From the NCBI GenBank assembly GCA_947646415.1, contig CANSGN010000010.1, positions 1,399 to 65,398 of the forward strand: DNA of 64,000 nt. Reading direction: 5' to 3'. This document shows, piece by piece, positions 5,370 through 15,049 of the stretch; position 1 is the stretch's first letter; each line of letters begins with the position of its first letter. A program made the position numbers and the translations under genes. The DNA comes from an uncultured Clostridia bacterium (GTDB taxonomy: Bacteria; Bacillota; Clostridia; Christensenellales; UBA3700). Below the pieces are notes generated by a model. That model saw only the letters and a list, made by a program, of their open reading frames with translations. It did not search any database and had not been told where the DNA came from.

Positions 5370-7679
5370 ATGATTAAAAGCATTATTAAAAGAGATGGCA
5401 GAAAAGTTCCATTTAATTTGCAAAAAATTGCCGATGCTATTTTTAAAGCAGCAGCATCTGTTGGAGGAAGCGACCATGATACCGCATTAGAGCTTGCAGT
5501 TGAGGCTTGCGAGTATTTGGAAAGCCAAGGCAACACTACCCCAACCGTGGAGGAAATCCAAAACGCAGTTGAAAAGACATTAATTGAAAAGGGACACGCA
5601 CAAACTGCCAAAAACTATATTCTTTACAGAGCAAACCGTACAAGAGCAAGAGAAATGAAAACTTCTCTTATGGAAATCTATAAAGATTTGACTTTTAAAG
5701 ATGCAAAAGATAATGATATAAAAAGAGAGAACGCTAACATTGACGGCGACACTGCAATGGGTACAATGTTAAAGTATGGTAGCGAAGGTGCAAAACAATT
5801 TAACAAATTGTTTGTATTGCGTCCTGAACATGCAAAAGCTCATGAAGAGGGAGACATTCATATTCATGACCTAGACTTTTTGACATTGACTGAAACTTGC
5901 TGTCAAATAGACCTAATCAAATTGTTTAAAGGCGGTTTTTGTACCGGACACGGCTTTTTGAGAGAGCCTAACGACATAGCATCCTACTCCGCACTTGCAG
6001 CAATAGCTATTCAATCCAACCAAAATGACCAACACGGCGGACAAAGTATTCCTAACTTTGAATACGCAATGGCTATCGGTGTAGCAAAATCTTATAAGAA
6101 AATTTACAAGAAAAATCTTATCAAGGCTTTGGATATTTACGAAATCGAAAACGCTGAGGAAGTTGCTAACAATATAACAAATTCTCTTGCAGAAAAGGAT
6201 ATCGTTCCTAAGCTAGAGAAAGACGATTATATGATTGAAGAGGCAAAAGAGCTTGCAAAAATCGGTATTAAAGACGAAAGTATCAAAAAAATTCAAAAGT
6301 TCACAAAGAAATATTCGGAGCAAGAAATTGACCGTGCAACATACCAAGCAATGGAGGCTTTTGTTCACAATTTGAACACAATGCACTCTAGAGCAGGCGC
6401 ACAAATTCCGTTTAGCAGTATCAACTACGGTACAGATACCACCCCTGAAGGCAGACTTGTTATTAAAAACATTATGCTAGCAACAGATGCAGGTTTGGGT
6501 AACGGCGAAACAGCTATCTTCCCTATCCACATATTTAAAGTAAAAGAGGGTATCAACTACAATAAACAAGACCCTAACTACGATTTGTTTAAACTTGCTA
6601 TCAGAGTATCTGCAAAAAGGTTATTCCCTAACTTCTCGTTTATTGATGCTCCATTTAACCTACAATACTACAAAGAGGGCGACTACAGGACTGAAATAGC
6701 TTACATGGGTTGCCGTACAAGGGTTGCAGGTAACGTTTATGACAAGGATAGAGAGATTGTTACTCAAAGAGGTAACTTATCATTCACATCAATCAACTTG
6801 CCTAGACTTGGTATTCTTGCAAAAGGCGATTTAAACAAATTCTATGAAATGCTTGACGAAAAACTTAATTTGGTTTCCGACCAATTAATGGACAGATACA
6901 AAATTCAAGCTAAAAAGAGAGTTAAAAACTATCCGTTCCTAATGGGTCAAGGTGTATGGCTAGACAGCGATAAGCTAGACTACGAAGATGAAATCGGCGA
7001 GATTTTAAAACATGGTACATTGTCTATCGGATTTATCGGTCTTGCAGAGTGCTTGGTAGCACTTACAGGCAAACACCACGGAGAGAGTGAGGAATGTCAA
7101 AAACTAGGTTTGGAAATCATCAAACACATGAGAGATTTTACTGAAAAACTTTGCGAGGAAACTCACTTTAACTACTCTGTTATCGCAACTCCTGCAGAAG
7201 GACTATCCGGCAGATTTGTAAGAATCGATGCTAAAAAGTTCGGTAAAATAAAAGGCATTACAGATAGAGAATATTATACAAACTCTTTCCACGTTCCTGT
7301 TTATTACAATATTGCAGCTTTGGATAAAATCAAAATCGAAGCACCTTATCACGCTTTGACAAACGGCGGACATATCAGCTATATCGAGCTTGACGGCGAC
7401 CCTCTAAAGAACTTGGATGCTTTTGAAGCTTGCGTACGTTGCATGAAAGAGGCCGGTATAGGATATGGCTCAATCAACCACCCAATAGATCGTGACCCTG
7501 TTTGCGGATATAATGGAATAATCGATAATGTTTGTCCTAAATGTGGCAGAAAAGAGGGCGACGGCAAACAAAACTTTGAGAGAATCCGCAGAATTACAGG
7601 ATATTTGGTAGGTACTGTTGATAGATTTAACAATGCAAAACGTGCCGAAGTAAACGACAGAGTAAAACACCATGTGTAA
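5370..7679 (+). CDS. nrdD: Anaerobic ribonucleoside-triphosphate reductase (class III RNR)
   Basis: 769 aa. It has an N-terminal ATP-cone, a C-terminal Zn ribbon (CPKCG) and the glycyl-radical motif RRITGYLVG. Confidence 0.95.
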   Translation: MIKSIIKRDGRKVPFNLQKIADAIFKAAASVGGSDHDTALELAVEACEYLESQGNTTPTVEEIQNAVEKTLIEKGHAQTAKNYILYRANRTRAREMKTSLMEIYKDLTFKDAKDNDIKRENANIDGDTAMGTMLKYGSEGAKQFNKLFVLRPEHAKAHEEGDIHIHDLDFLTLTETCCQIDLIKLFKGGFCTGHGFLREPNDIASYSALAAIAIQSNQNDQHGGQSIPNFEYAMAIGVAKSYKKIYKKNLIKALDIYEIENAEEVANNITNSLAEKDIVPKLEKDDYMIEEAKELAKIGIKDESIKKIQKFTKKYSEQEIDRATYQAMEAFVHNLNTMHSRAGAQIPFSSINYGTDTTPEGRLVIKNIMLATDAGLGNGETAIFPIHIFKVKEGINYNKQDPNYDLFKLAIRVSAKRLFPNFSFIDAPFNLQYYKEGDYRTEIAYMGCRTRVAGNVYDKDREIVTQRGNLSFTSINLPRLGILAKGDLNKFYEMLDEKLNLVSDQLMDRYKIQAKKRVKNYPFLMGQGVWLDSDKLDYEDEIGEILKHGTLSIGFIGLAECLVALTGKHHGESEECQKLGLEIIKHMRDFTEKLCEETHFNYSVIATPAEGLSGRFVRIDAKKFGKIKGITDREYYTNSFHVPVYYNIAALDKIKIEAPYHALTNGGHISYIELDGDPLKNLDAFEACVRCMKEAGIGYGSINHPIDRDPVCGYNGIIDNVCPKCGRKEGDGKQNFERIRRITGYLVGTVDRFNNAKRAEVNDRVKHHV

Positions 7680-8160
7680 AATAAGAATTGCAGGCTTAGT
7701 CAACGACTCTATTGTAGACGGCCCGGGAATGAGACTTACCGTCTTTTGCCAAGGCTGTCCGCATAACTGCAAAGGCTGTCATAACAAACATACCCACGAT
7801 TTTAAAGGCGGATATGATATGGACATTGACGAAATTGTTGAAAAAGCCAAAAAAAATAAAATACTTAGCGGAGTAACTTTTAGCGGTGGCGAGCCAATGT
7901 GCCAACCAAAAGCTTTTTTACAGCTTGCAAAAAAAATAAAAGCCGAAACCGACTTAAACATAATTTGCTACACAGGTTACACACTTGAAGAGCTTGAGCA
8001 AATGAACAATGCAGATATAAATGAACTGCTTGATATTTGTGATTGGTTGATAGACGGCAGATTTTGCGAAGAACTAAAGGACTTGACTCTTCCTTTCCGC
8101 GGAAGTTCCAATCAGCGCATAATAGAGCTTAAAAACAATACTATTGATTGGACAAGATAA
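7672..8160 (+). CDS. nrdG: Anaerobic RNR activating protein (radical SAM)
   Basis: 162 aa. The cluster motif CQGCPHNCKGCHN is present. An 8-nt overlap with nrdD (ATGTGTAA) links the two genes. Confidence 0.9.
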   Translation: MCKIRIAGLVNDSIVDGPGMRLTVFCQGCPHNCKGCHNKHTHDFKGGYDMDIDEIVEKAKKNKILSGVTFSGGEPMCQPKAFLQLAKKIKAETDLNIICYTGYTLEELEQMNNADINELLDICDWLIDGRFCEELKDLTLPFRGSSNQRIIELKNNTIDWTR

Positions 8161-8183
8161 TAAAGCAGTATATTTAATTTAAC

Positions 8184-8217
8184 AAAAAGAGATTTGATAA
8201 TTCAAATCTCTTTTTTA
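8184..8217. terminator. Bidirectional terminator between nrdG (+) and the LRR lipoprotein gene (-)
   Basis: Stem AGAGATTTGA (8188-8197) / TCAAATCTCT (8202-8211), flanked by A5 and T6. Confidence 0.75.
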
Positions 8218-8277
8218 TTGTACAAATTATAATGATTTAAAACATATTCGAATTGCTTGTTTTTAATAGATTAATTA

Positions 8278-10149
8278 TTATATAAGTTCGCCCGATTTGT
8301 TGATTGTACCGTCGGAACACTTTATAACATAATTACCTGTTGAACTATTCCAACCACTACCTTTTTTGATGTTTGCCCAATCTTCCATTGTGCCACTGTA
8401 CTCAATTTCTTCAAGCAACAAACAATTTGCAAACGCACCTACACCAATGCTTTCAATCGTAAACGGAATTACTACTTTTGTCAAAACACTGTTTCCTGCA
8501 AATAGGTTATCCCCTATTTTGGTCATATTATAATTAATACTATTGTATGTTGTATAAGATGGTATGTTTGCAATTTTAGAATCCATTATATTTTCTTGGA
8601 ATATAACCTCGGCAGTTCTATCTTGAGTATTTAGCAAATAAATTGAGACACCCTCATTTTCTAAAATTATTCTGCCATCCGATGTAATATTGTTATTGCC
8701 GTCTCCATCCTCCGTGTATCCCCAAATAACAGGGCGGTTTGAAGAGTTCCAATCATCTTTCCAATCGTTCGGTTTAGCCTGTGCTTCACATTTTATAATT
8801 AATTTCAAGCAATATCTAAAAGCATCACTGCCTATTTTTTCAACTGTGTCAGGAATGATAATTTTACTTATTCTATCACTGCCTTGCAACATAGCTGCTC
8901 CAATAGAAGTAACGGTATCAGGTATTACAAAACTATCCAAAAGATTACATTCCGCAAAAGCACATGCACCTATTTCCTCAACGTCGACATCAATTTCGTA
9001 TTTACCGTTTTCCCTCCAATTTACAGCTGTCAAATTGCTACAAGCATAAAAAGCGTAATTGCCTATTTTTATTGTATTTCTTTGAATTTCTATTTGAGTG
9101 ATAACATCGTTCCTATAAAAAGCATAGCCCATGATGCTAGTAACATTGTATGGTTTACCATCATATTCGACAGCAGGTCGCAACTCGATATTATCGTTTG
9201 TAATAGGTTGTTTAGCTACAATAGCCTCATTACCTTTTATTCCGTATTTTACATATCCTCTGTTAGTATCAATAAAATAAATATATCCGTCATCCGCAAC
9301 ATTGTTATTGTCTGCATCCCACACAATAGGATAGCGACTAAATTGGTCTATCTTCCAATCATAGGTAATCCAACCTGCAGGTTTTTCTTTCGCTTGAGCG
9401 TATATTGTTATGCCGTAGCAGTTTTCAAACACACTTTCTTCTATATTTTTTACGCTTGACGGAATGCTTATTTCCGCCAAAGCCGAACAACCGTAAAATG
9501 CTCTTTCCTTAATTGTCACAACAGTTTTAGGTATATAAACATTTGATAACGCACGTTTGCCATAAAAAGCTTTGTCGCCTATTACGGTTACGGGTTTGCC
9601 GTCATAATACTCGCTGATTACAACTTCCGTAATCATATTTTCGATATCGCTTTCAACCCCGCTGACAGTGTAAGAATATCCGTCAGTGTTTAAGGAATAA
9701 ATAAGTCCCTCCGAGCCTTTCATAAAACCGCAAACAGTACATTTCCCGTTTTCAAATGTGTGATTTTCTTCTTCTTTGGAAATATCGCAAATATCGCTGC
9801 AATCGTACCAATGATTTTTATCGTTATACTTTATTGTATGATTATGCTTATTACCACACAAAGTACATATATTTTCGCTGTTATACGTATGAACAACTTT
9901 ATCCTTTTCATATCCGCAAACAGAACACTCCTGCCAATGATAGTTGTTATCAAAATTCAACTCAAAGCTATGCTCTGCATAGTCATTTTTTTCCTTACAT
10001 TTTTTCTTAGTACAGTCGTGCCAATGATGTGTTTCATTATTTGACCACTCTATATTCCATTCGTGGTTGTGCTTACAAGCAACCAAGCCCGTACACATAA
10101 CACAAAGCAACACGATTATAGCAAAAATTATAATTGATTTTTTTTTCAT
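8278..10149 (-). CDS. Surface lipoprotein: Cys/His-rich triple repeat plus BspA-type leucine-rich repeats (LRR_5-like)
   Basis: 623 aa. Signal peptide with lipobox LVAC. Three HxW..C...C..H modules are followed by repeated (A)F..C..L..I.IP..V..IG..AF units. Confidence 0.8.
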   Translation of the reverse strand: MKKKSIIIFAIIVLLCVMCTGLVACKHNHEWNIEWSNNETHHWHDCTKKKCKEKNDYAEHSFELNFDNNYHWQECSVCGYEKDKVVHTYNSENICTLCGNKHNHTIKYNDKNHWYDCSDICDISKEEENHTFENGKCTVCGFMKGSEGLIYSLNTDGYSYTVSGVESDIENMITEVVISEYYDGKPVTVIGDKAFYGKRALSNVYIPKTVVTIKERAFYGCSALAEISIPSSVKNIEESVFENCYGITIYAQAKEKPAGWITYDWKIDQFSRYPIVWDADNNNVADDGYIYFIDTNRGYVKYGIKGNEAIVAKQPITNDNIELRPAVEYDGKPYNVTSIMGYAFYRNDVITQIEIQRNTIKIGNYAFYACSNLTAVNWRENGKYEIDVDVEEIGACAFAECNLLDSFVIPDTVTSIGAAMLQGSDRISKIIIPDTVEKIGSDAFRYCLKLIIKCEAQAKPNDWKDDWNSSNRPVIWGYTEDGDGNNNITSDGRIILENEGVSIYLLNTQDRTAEVIFQENIMDSKIANIPSYTTYNSINYNMTKIGDNLFAGNSVLTKVVIPFTIESIGVGAFANCLLLEEIEYSGTMEDWANIKKGSGWNSSTGNYVIKCSDGTINKSGELI

Positions 10150-10244
10150 AGTCCCCTCTAGGTAACATTAATTACATTATAATTTTATCATAATAATTAT
10201 TATAAGTCAATATTTATATAGACTTTAAAGGCATATTATACCAA

Positions 10245-10282
10245 TAAAAAAAGAATACAAACCAAATTATGGAATGTATTCT
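10245..10282 (-). terminator. Rho-independent terminator of the MMPL gene
   Basis: On the minus strand, AGAATACA...TGTATTCT is followed by T7. On the plus strand this is an A-run at 10246-10252 and stems at 10252-10259/10275-10282. Confidence 0.7.
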
Positions 10283-10296
10283 AATATTTAATTATT

Positions 10297-12627
10297 TTAA
10301 GTTTCGTTATCGCTTTCGTTGATGTCCGCAGCTCTATTTTCGAAATCTACTTGCATATTTATATCCGCTTTTTTAATGTCCGAACTGCTGTCATTATCCA
10401 TTATACAGTTTTCTTCCTGCTCTTGCTGCGGGTTGACATTTTGGTCTGCTGCTACCATTGCAAGTTGCTTTTTATCACGCTTATTTTGCAGTTTACTACC
10501 GATTTTCAAACGGATTTTATGAAAAATATCATCGTTTGTCGGCGGTTTTCTTGTAATAGCAATTAAAAGAGCCGGCAAAACAAACAGTATTAATAGCGCG
10601 CTTATTATTGCACCTCTGCCAATAAGCAAAGTAATTTGTCCTATAATAGCATTTGTTGTTATTGCACATACTGCCAAACACAAAACACCCAAAATCGTAG
10701 CCGATGTGAGGATTGACAAAGTACTATCTTTTGTGGCTTTTAAACAAGCTTGTTTAACAGGCATAGTTGCCATATTACGCTTAAATTTAGTTGCCAGCAA
10801 TATCGCATAATCTACCGTTGCACCCATTTGTACACTGCTGATTATGATATATGCCATAAAGTTGACAGGTGCTTGGATAATAAAATTCAACGCCAAATTT
10901 ATAAATATACCGAACTCCACAACACCCATAAGTGCGAGCGAGTATTTTGCACTTCGTATGGACAGCATTAGTATTATAAATATAATGATTGCACTTATTG
11001 CGGAAACCAAAGCAAAGTCCTTTGGAGTTACCACCGACAAGTCATTTACCGCCTGCGCCATCCCCGTAATGTAATATTTGTCGCCGAAATATTTTTTAAG
11101 CGTATCTCTTACATTTTGCAGTAATATACCCTCTTCCGCCGATTCCGACTCTGTTTCTATCATAAGAGTATACAGCACATATCCATTGTTTGCATACGCT
11201 TTTAATTGTGGCAAATTCCATTTAATTGCAAGCGATAATTGCTCTGCCATTTCCTCGGGTGCAAGTGCATAAATGCTACTTACTACGCTTACATTTTCAA
11301 TCTTTTTCAAATCTTCGATAAAATCCAAGTGTACGGCTGCTTTATCGTTAGGAGCACAAATCAAAATACTGTTACCCATAACTTCGACAACCTGTTGAAC
11401 TTCGCTAAGTTCCGACTTGTCCTTATCCATTTTCATATACGAATAAGATATGCTAAGCCCGCAATATATCATTGGCACCAAAGCTATCAATGCGATTGCA
11501 AGTATAGGTTTTCTGCCCTTAATAGCGACTTCCGCACTTTTTTGAAACTTAGGTAAATGTACGGGATGTTCGAGCTTAGCAGTAGTTTTTGTAGTAAACA
11601 ATATCAAACAAGGCTGCAACAACAAAACTGTAAGCATTGACATTAACACACCTTTTGCAAGCACGATACCCAAATCGGCACCTATACCGAACTGCATAAA
11701 CATTAAAGCAATAAAGCCCCCGACCGTAGTTAGTGCAGAGGCACAAACCGTCGATAAAGTTTTTGGTATAGCTCGTTTCATTGCAGTCCTGTCATCAAAA
11801 CACATTTTCCGTTCTTCCTTAAATGCGTGCATTAAGAAAATCGAGTAATCCATTGACAGTGCAAGCTGCAATATTGCAGAAGTAGCAAATGTAATGACCG
11901 ATACATCCCCCAAAATGATATTACTACCCATATTAAGGAAAATACTTATTGCCAAAGTCGTTAGCAAAATAACAGGCTCGAAAAAGCTTGTAGTTGTCAA
12001 AACCAACACCAAAATTGCGATTATACACGCAACAATTAGGAAATACGGCATTTCCTTTACAACCGTTCCAAGCAAGTTGGTGGAAATCTCCGCACTGCCA
12101 CCTATAGCATAATCCAAACCATAGCTTTCAATAATCTTTTTGGTTTGTTTTAAAATACCGCTTGCCTCGTTAGTACTTGATGCAACTGACATTTGCACCA
12201 TAATGGTATATATATCCTCTTTTGGACAAAACAGTTTTTTAACATCCGGGTTGTTTTTAATTTGCTCAACAAGTTCGTTGGCATCCACGCCGCCGATATT
12301 ACCCATACTTGCAAAGCTATCCAAAGTTCCGTACCAAGTTATTCCGTTTGCACGTACTCCTTCAAGCTCTTGCATTTTCTTGGTAATTTCCGTCATTTGC
12401 TCTTCGCTAGCACCTTTTACGGCAACAATGGCATCACTTTCCATATCAAAAGTTTTCTTTAAAAAAGCATATCCCTCGGAAGTTGTCATATCCTCCGGTA
12501 AATAGGATATGATATCGGAATTTATAGGAACAAAAAACAAGCATACAAGGGCAATTATCGTAAGTATCAAAAACACAATGCTTATTGCAAGTTTATGTTT
12601 TATGATAAAATCAGAAAACTTTTCCAT
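10297..12627 (-). CDS. MMPL/RND-superfamily membrane transporter
   Basis: 776 aa. Two blocks of ~6 TM helices are each preceded by a large extracytoplasmic loop, giving an MMPL-like architecture. Confidence 0.75.
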   Translation of the reverse strand: MEKFSDFIIKHKLAISIVFLILTIIALVCLFFVPINSDIISYLPEDMTTSEGYAFLKKTFDMESDAIVAVKGASEEQMTEITKKMQELEGVRANGITWYGTLDSFASMGNIGGVDANELVEQIKNNPDVKKLFCPKEDIYTIMVQMSVASSTNEASGILKQTKKIIESYGLDYAIGGSAEISTNLLGTVVKEMPYFLIVACIIAILVLVLTTTSFFEPVILLTTLAISIFLNMGSNIILGDVSVITFATSAILQLALSMDYSIFLMHAFKEERKMCFDDRTAMKRAIPKTLSTVCASALTTVGGFIALMFMQFGIGADLGIVLAKGVLMSMLTVLLLQPCLILFTTKTTAKLEHPVHLPKFQKSAEVAIKGRKPILAIALIALVPMIYCGLSISYSYMKMDKDKSELSEVQQVVEVMGNSILICAPNDKAAVHLDFIEDLKKIENVSVVSSIYALAPEEMAEQLSLAIKWNLPQLKAYANNGYVLYTLMIETESESAEEGILLQNVRDTLKKYFGDKYYITGMAQAVNDLSVVTPKDFALVSAISAIIIFIILMLSIRSAKYSLALMGVVEFGIFINLALNFIIQAPVNFMAYIIISSVQMGATVDYAILLATKFKRNMATMPVKQACLKATKDSTLSILTSATILGVLCLAVCAITTNAIIGQITLLIGRGAIISALLILFVLPALLIAITRKPPTNDDIFHKIRLKIGSKLQNKRDKKQLAMVAADQNVNPQQEQEENCIMDNDSSSDIKKADINMQVDFENRAADINESDNET

Positions 12628-12703
12628 AAATCTCCCTCCTTTAATGCTTGTAATTTGAAAAACCTATCAAAAATCGAGGTTATTATATATTTTATAAAAT
12701 ATA

Positions 12704-15049
12704 TTATCTTCTGTTAAACTTGTTTTGCAATTTTAACAACAAGTCATCCACGCTTTGTTCAGGCTTTTTAGGTTTATTGTTATTTTTAAAATTATTACCC
12801 TTATTATTACCTTTAAAATCTTTATTTTTATTTCTTTCTTTTCTGTCTTGAAGTTTTGGGTCTTTTACAGTGCTTTCCGACTTAGGTTTAGCATTGCTTG
12901 CGCCCTTGATAGTCAAGCTTATCCTGTTTTTAGCAGGGTCTACGCCAATAACTTTTACGGTAACAATATCGCCCACCGTCAAAGCATCGGACGGATGTTT
13001 GATATAGTCATTGCTTATTTCACTTATATGCACCAAACCATCTTGATGAACACCGATATCTACAAACGCACCGAAGTCAATAACGTTTCTTACCGTACCT
13101 ACAATTTCCATACCCTCTTTCAAGTTGGAAATATCAAGCAAGTCATCTCGCAAAATAGGCTTTGGCAAGCTATCACGGATATCTCTACCAGGTTTTTTAA
13201 TCTCGTCGATAATATCCTCCAATGTTGGCATACCGATATTAAGTTCGCCGGCAAGTTTTGCTTTTCCGTAACTATTGATTTTTTCTTCCAAATCGCCCAA
13301 GTTTCCGTTTGTTACATCCTTTTCGGTCAAACCGAAAGTTGCAAGCAATGCTCTTGTCGCCTCATAAGACTCCGGATGCACCGAAGTATTGTCCAAAGCT
13401 TCTACACCGTCGGTAATCCTCAAGAAGCCTGCACATTGTTCGTAAGCTTTAGGTCCAAGCTTTGGCACTTTAAGAAGTTGTTCCCTTTTTGTAAACGGCT
13501 TGCTCTTTCTGTACTCAACGATATTTTTAGCAATAGCCAAGTTAAGACCGGATACAAAGGAAAGCAATTTGTAAGATGCTGTATTCAAATCTACACCTAC
13601 GCTGTTTACGCAATCTTCTACTACGCCCTCAAGTACTTCGGTAAGTCTTTTTTGTGGCATATCGTGTTGATATTGACCTACACCGATACTCTTAACGTCT
13701 ATTTTAATCAACTCTGCAAGCGGGTCTTGCAATCTTCTGCCTATGCTTACCGCACTACGCAATGATACATCAAATTCAGGGAATTCCTCCGCACCCAATT
13801 CACTTGCACTGTATACGGATGCACCCGCCTCGTTTACAACCATATATTGCAAAGGTCTATCAAGCTTTTTAATCAAGTTGGCAACGAAAATCTCTGTTTC
13901 CTTACTTGCTGTTCCGTTACCGATAGAAATAACTTGTACGCTATGAGCTTTGATAAGTGCAGTAAGTTTTTCTTCCGCCTCTTCCACTCTGCTTTGAGGT
14001 GGAGTTGGATAAACCACGCCTGTTGCAAGTACATTACCGTTTTCGTCCAATACCGCAACTTTACATCCTGTTCTGTAAGCAGGGTCAAGTGCCAATACTA
14101 CATTGTTTTTTAGCGGTGGTTGCATTAAAAGAGGTTTCAAATTTGTCTCGAACATTTTAATAGCACCCTCGTTGGCATTGTCTGTCAAATCGTTTCTTAT
14201 CTCTCTTTCGATTGATGGCAAAATCAATCTTTCGTAACTATCCTCTACGGCTTCGGTCATTAATTGAGTAAACAAGCAATCGGTATGTACATATTTTGTG
14301 TAAATAGTCGAAAGTGCTGTTTCCTTATCCAATTTCAAATCAACTTTCAAGCAATCTTCCTTTTCGCCACGGTTGATTGCAAGTATTCTGTGCGATGGGA
14401 TAGCTTTGATTTTTTCAGTATAATCTTTGTACATACCAAAGATAGCACCCTTTTCGTTGTCCTTTTCTTCGTCCAAGGTGGTGGTAATATCGCCAATACC
14501 AACAAAAAGCTCACGCAACTCTTTACGAACTTCCGCATCGTCGCTTATTCTTTCAGCTATAATATCTTTTGCACCGTCATAAGCCTCTTTAACGCTGTTT
14601 ACTCCTTTTTCCTCGTTAACAAAAGGTGTTGCAATAGCAACTATGTCGCCATCTTTTAAATCGCTCATAACAATATCTGCAAGCTCGGAAAGACCTTTTT
14701 CAATAGCAACGGATGCTCTTGTCTTTTTCTTTTTCTTATATGGGCGATAAATATCTTCCACTTCGGTCATAGTCTCTGCCTTAGAAACTGCCTCTGCCAA
14801 CTCGTCAGTCCATTTGCCTTGAGACTCTATGCTGTTTTTGACCTCTTCCTTTCTCTTTTCCAAATTTCTCAAATAAGTTAGGCGGTCAGCAAACTTACGC
14901 AAAGTTTGGTCGTCGCAAGTGCCGTGCATTTCCTTACGATAACGGGCAATGAACGGAATTGTGCAACCCTCGTCGATAAGTTTGATAATATTATCGCTAT
15001 ACTCCTGTTTTAATTGAAATTCTCCTGCTAATCTTTCACTGATTATCAT
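12704..15049 (-). CDS. tex: Tex-like transcription accessory protein (YqgF/HHH/S1 domains)
   Basis: 781 aa. N-terminus IPFIARYRKE. The C-terminal S1 domain reads G.V..V.DFGAFVDIG.HQDGLVHISE. A basic tail follows. Confidence 0.9.
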   Translation of the reverse strand: MIISERLAGEFQLKQEYSDNIIKLIDEGCTIPFIARYRKEMHGTCDDQTLRKFADRLTYLRNLEKRKEEVKNSIESQGKWTDELAEAVSKAETMTEVEDIYRPYKKKKKTRASVAIEKGLSELADIVMSDLKDGDIVAIATPFVNEEKGVNSVKEAYDGAKDIIAERISDDAEVRKELRELFVGIGDITTTLDEEKDNEKGAIFGMYKDYTEKIKAIPSHRILAINRGEKEDCLKVDLKLDKETALSTIYTKYVHTDCLFTQLMTEAVEDSYERLILPSIEREIRNDLTDNANEGAIKMFETNLKPLLMQPPLKNNVVLALDPAYRTGCKVAVLDENGNVLATGVVYPTPPQSRVEEAEEKLTALIKAHSVQVISIGNGTASKETEIFVANLIKKLDRPLQYMVVNEAGASVYSASELGAEEFPEFDVSLRSAVSIGRRLQDPLAELIKIDVKSIGVGQYQHDMPQKRLTEVLEGVVEDCVNSVGVDLNTASYKLLSFVSGLNLAIAKNIVEYRKSKPFTKREQLLKVPKLGPKAYEQCAGFLRITDGVEALDNTSVHPESYEATRALLATFGLTEKDVTNGNLGDLEEKINSYGKAKLAGELNIGMPTLEDIIDEIKKPGRDIRDSLPKPILRDDLLDISNLKEGMEIVGTVRNVIDFGAFVDIGVHQDGLVHISEISNDYIKHPSDALTVGDIVTVKVIGVDPAKNRISLTIKGASNAKPKSESTVKDPKLQDRKERNKNKDFKGNNKGNNFKNNNKPKKPEQSVDDLLLKLQNKFNRR

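Noticed and set aside
5157-5611. Minus-strand ORFs of 106 aa and 90 aa overlapping the nrdD promoter and 5' end.
   Set aside because: They overlap the NrdR boxes, the promoter and the well-supported nrdD start. The sequences look non-protein-like.
12755-13765. A 336-aa ORF on the + strand, antisense to tex. Similar long antisense ORFs lie at 8884-9459, 32272-32868, 48671-49261, 17546-17959 and 20531-20995.
   Set aside because: Each lies entirely inside a strongly supported gene on the opposite strand. Their composition is low-complexity and rich in Phe, Ile, Ser and Cys, as expected from reading AT-rich coding DNA backwards. None has a convincing RBS. I treat them as shadow ORFs.
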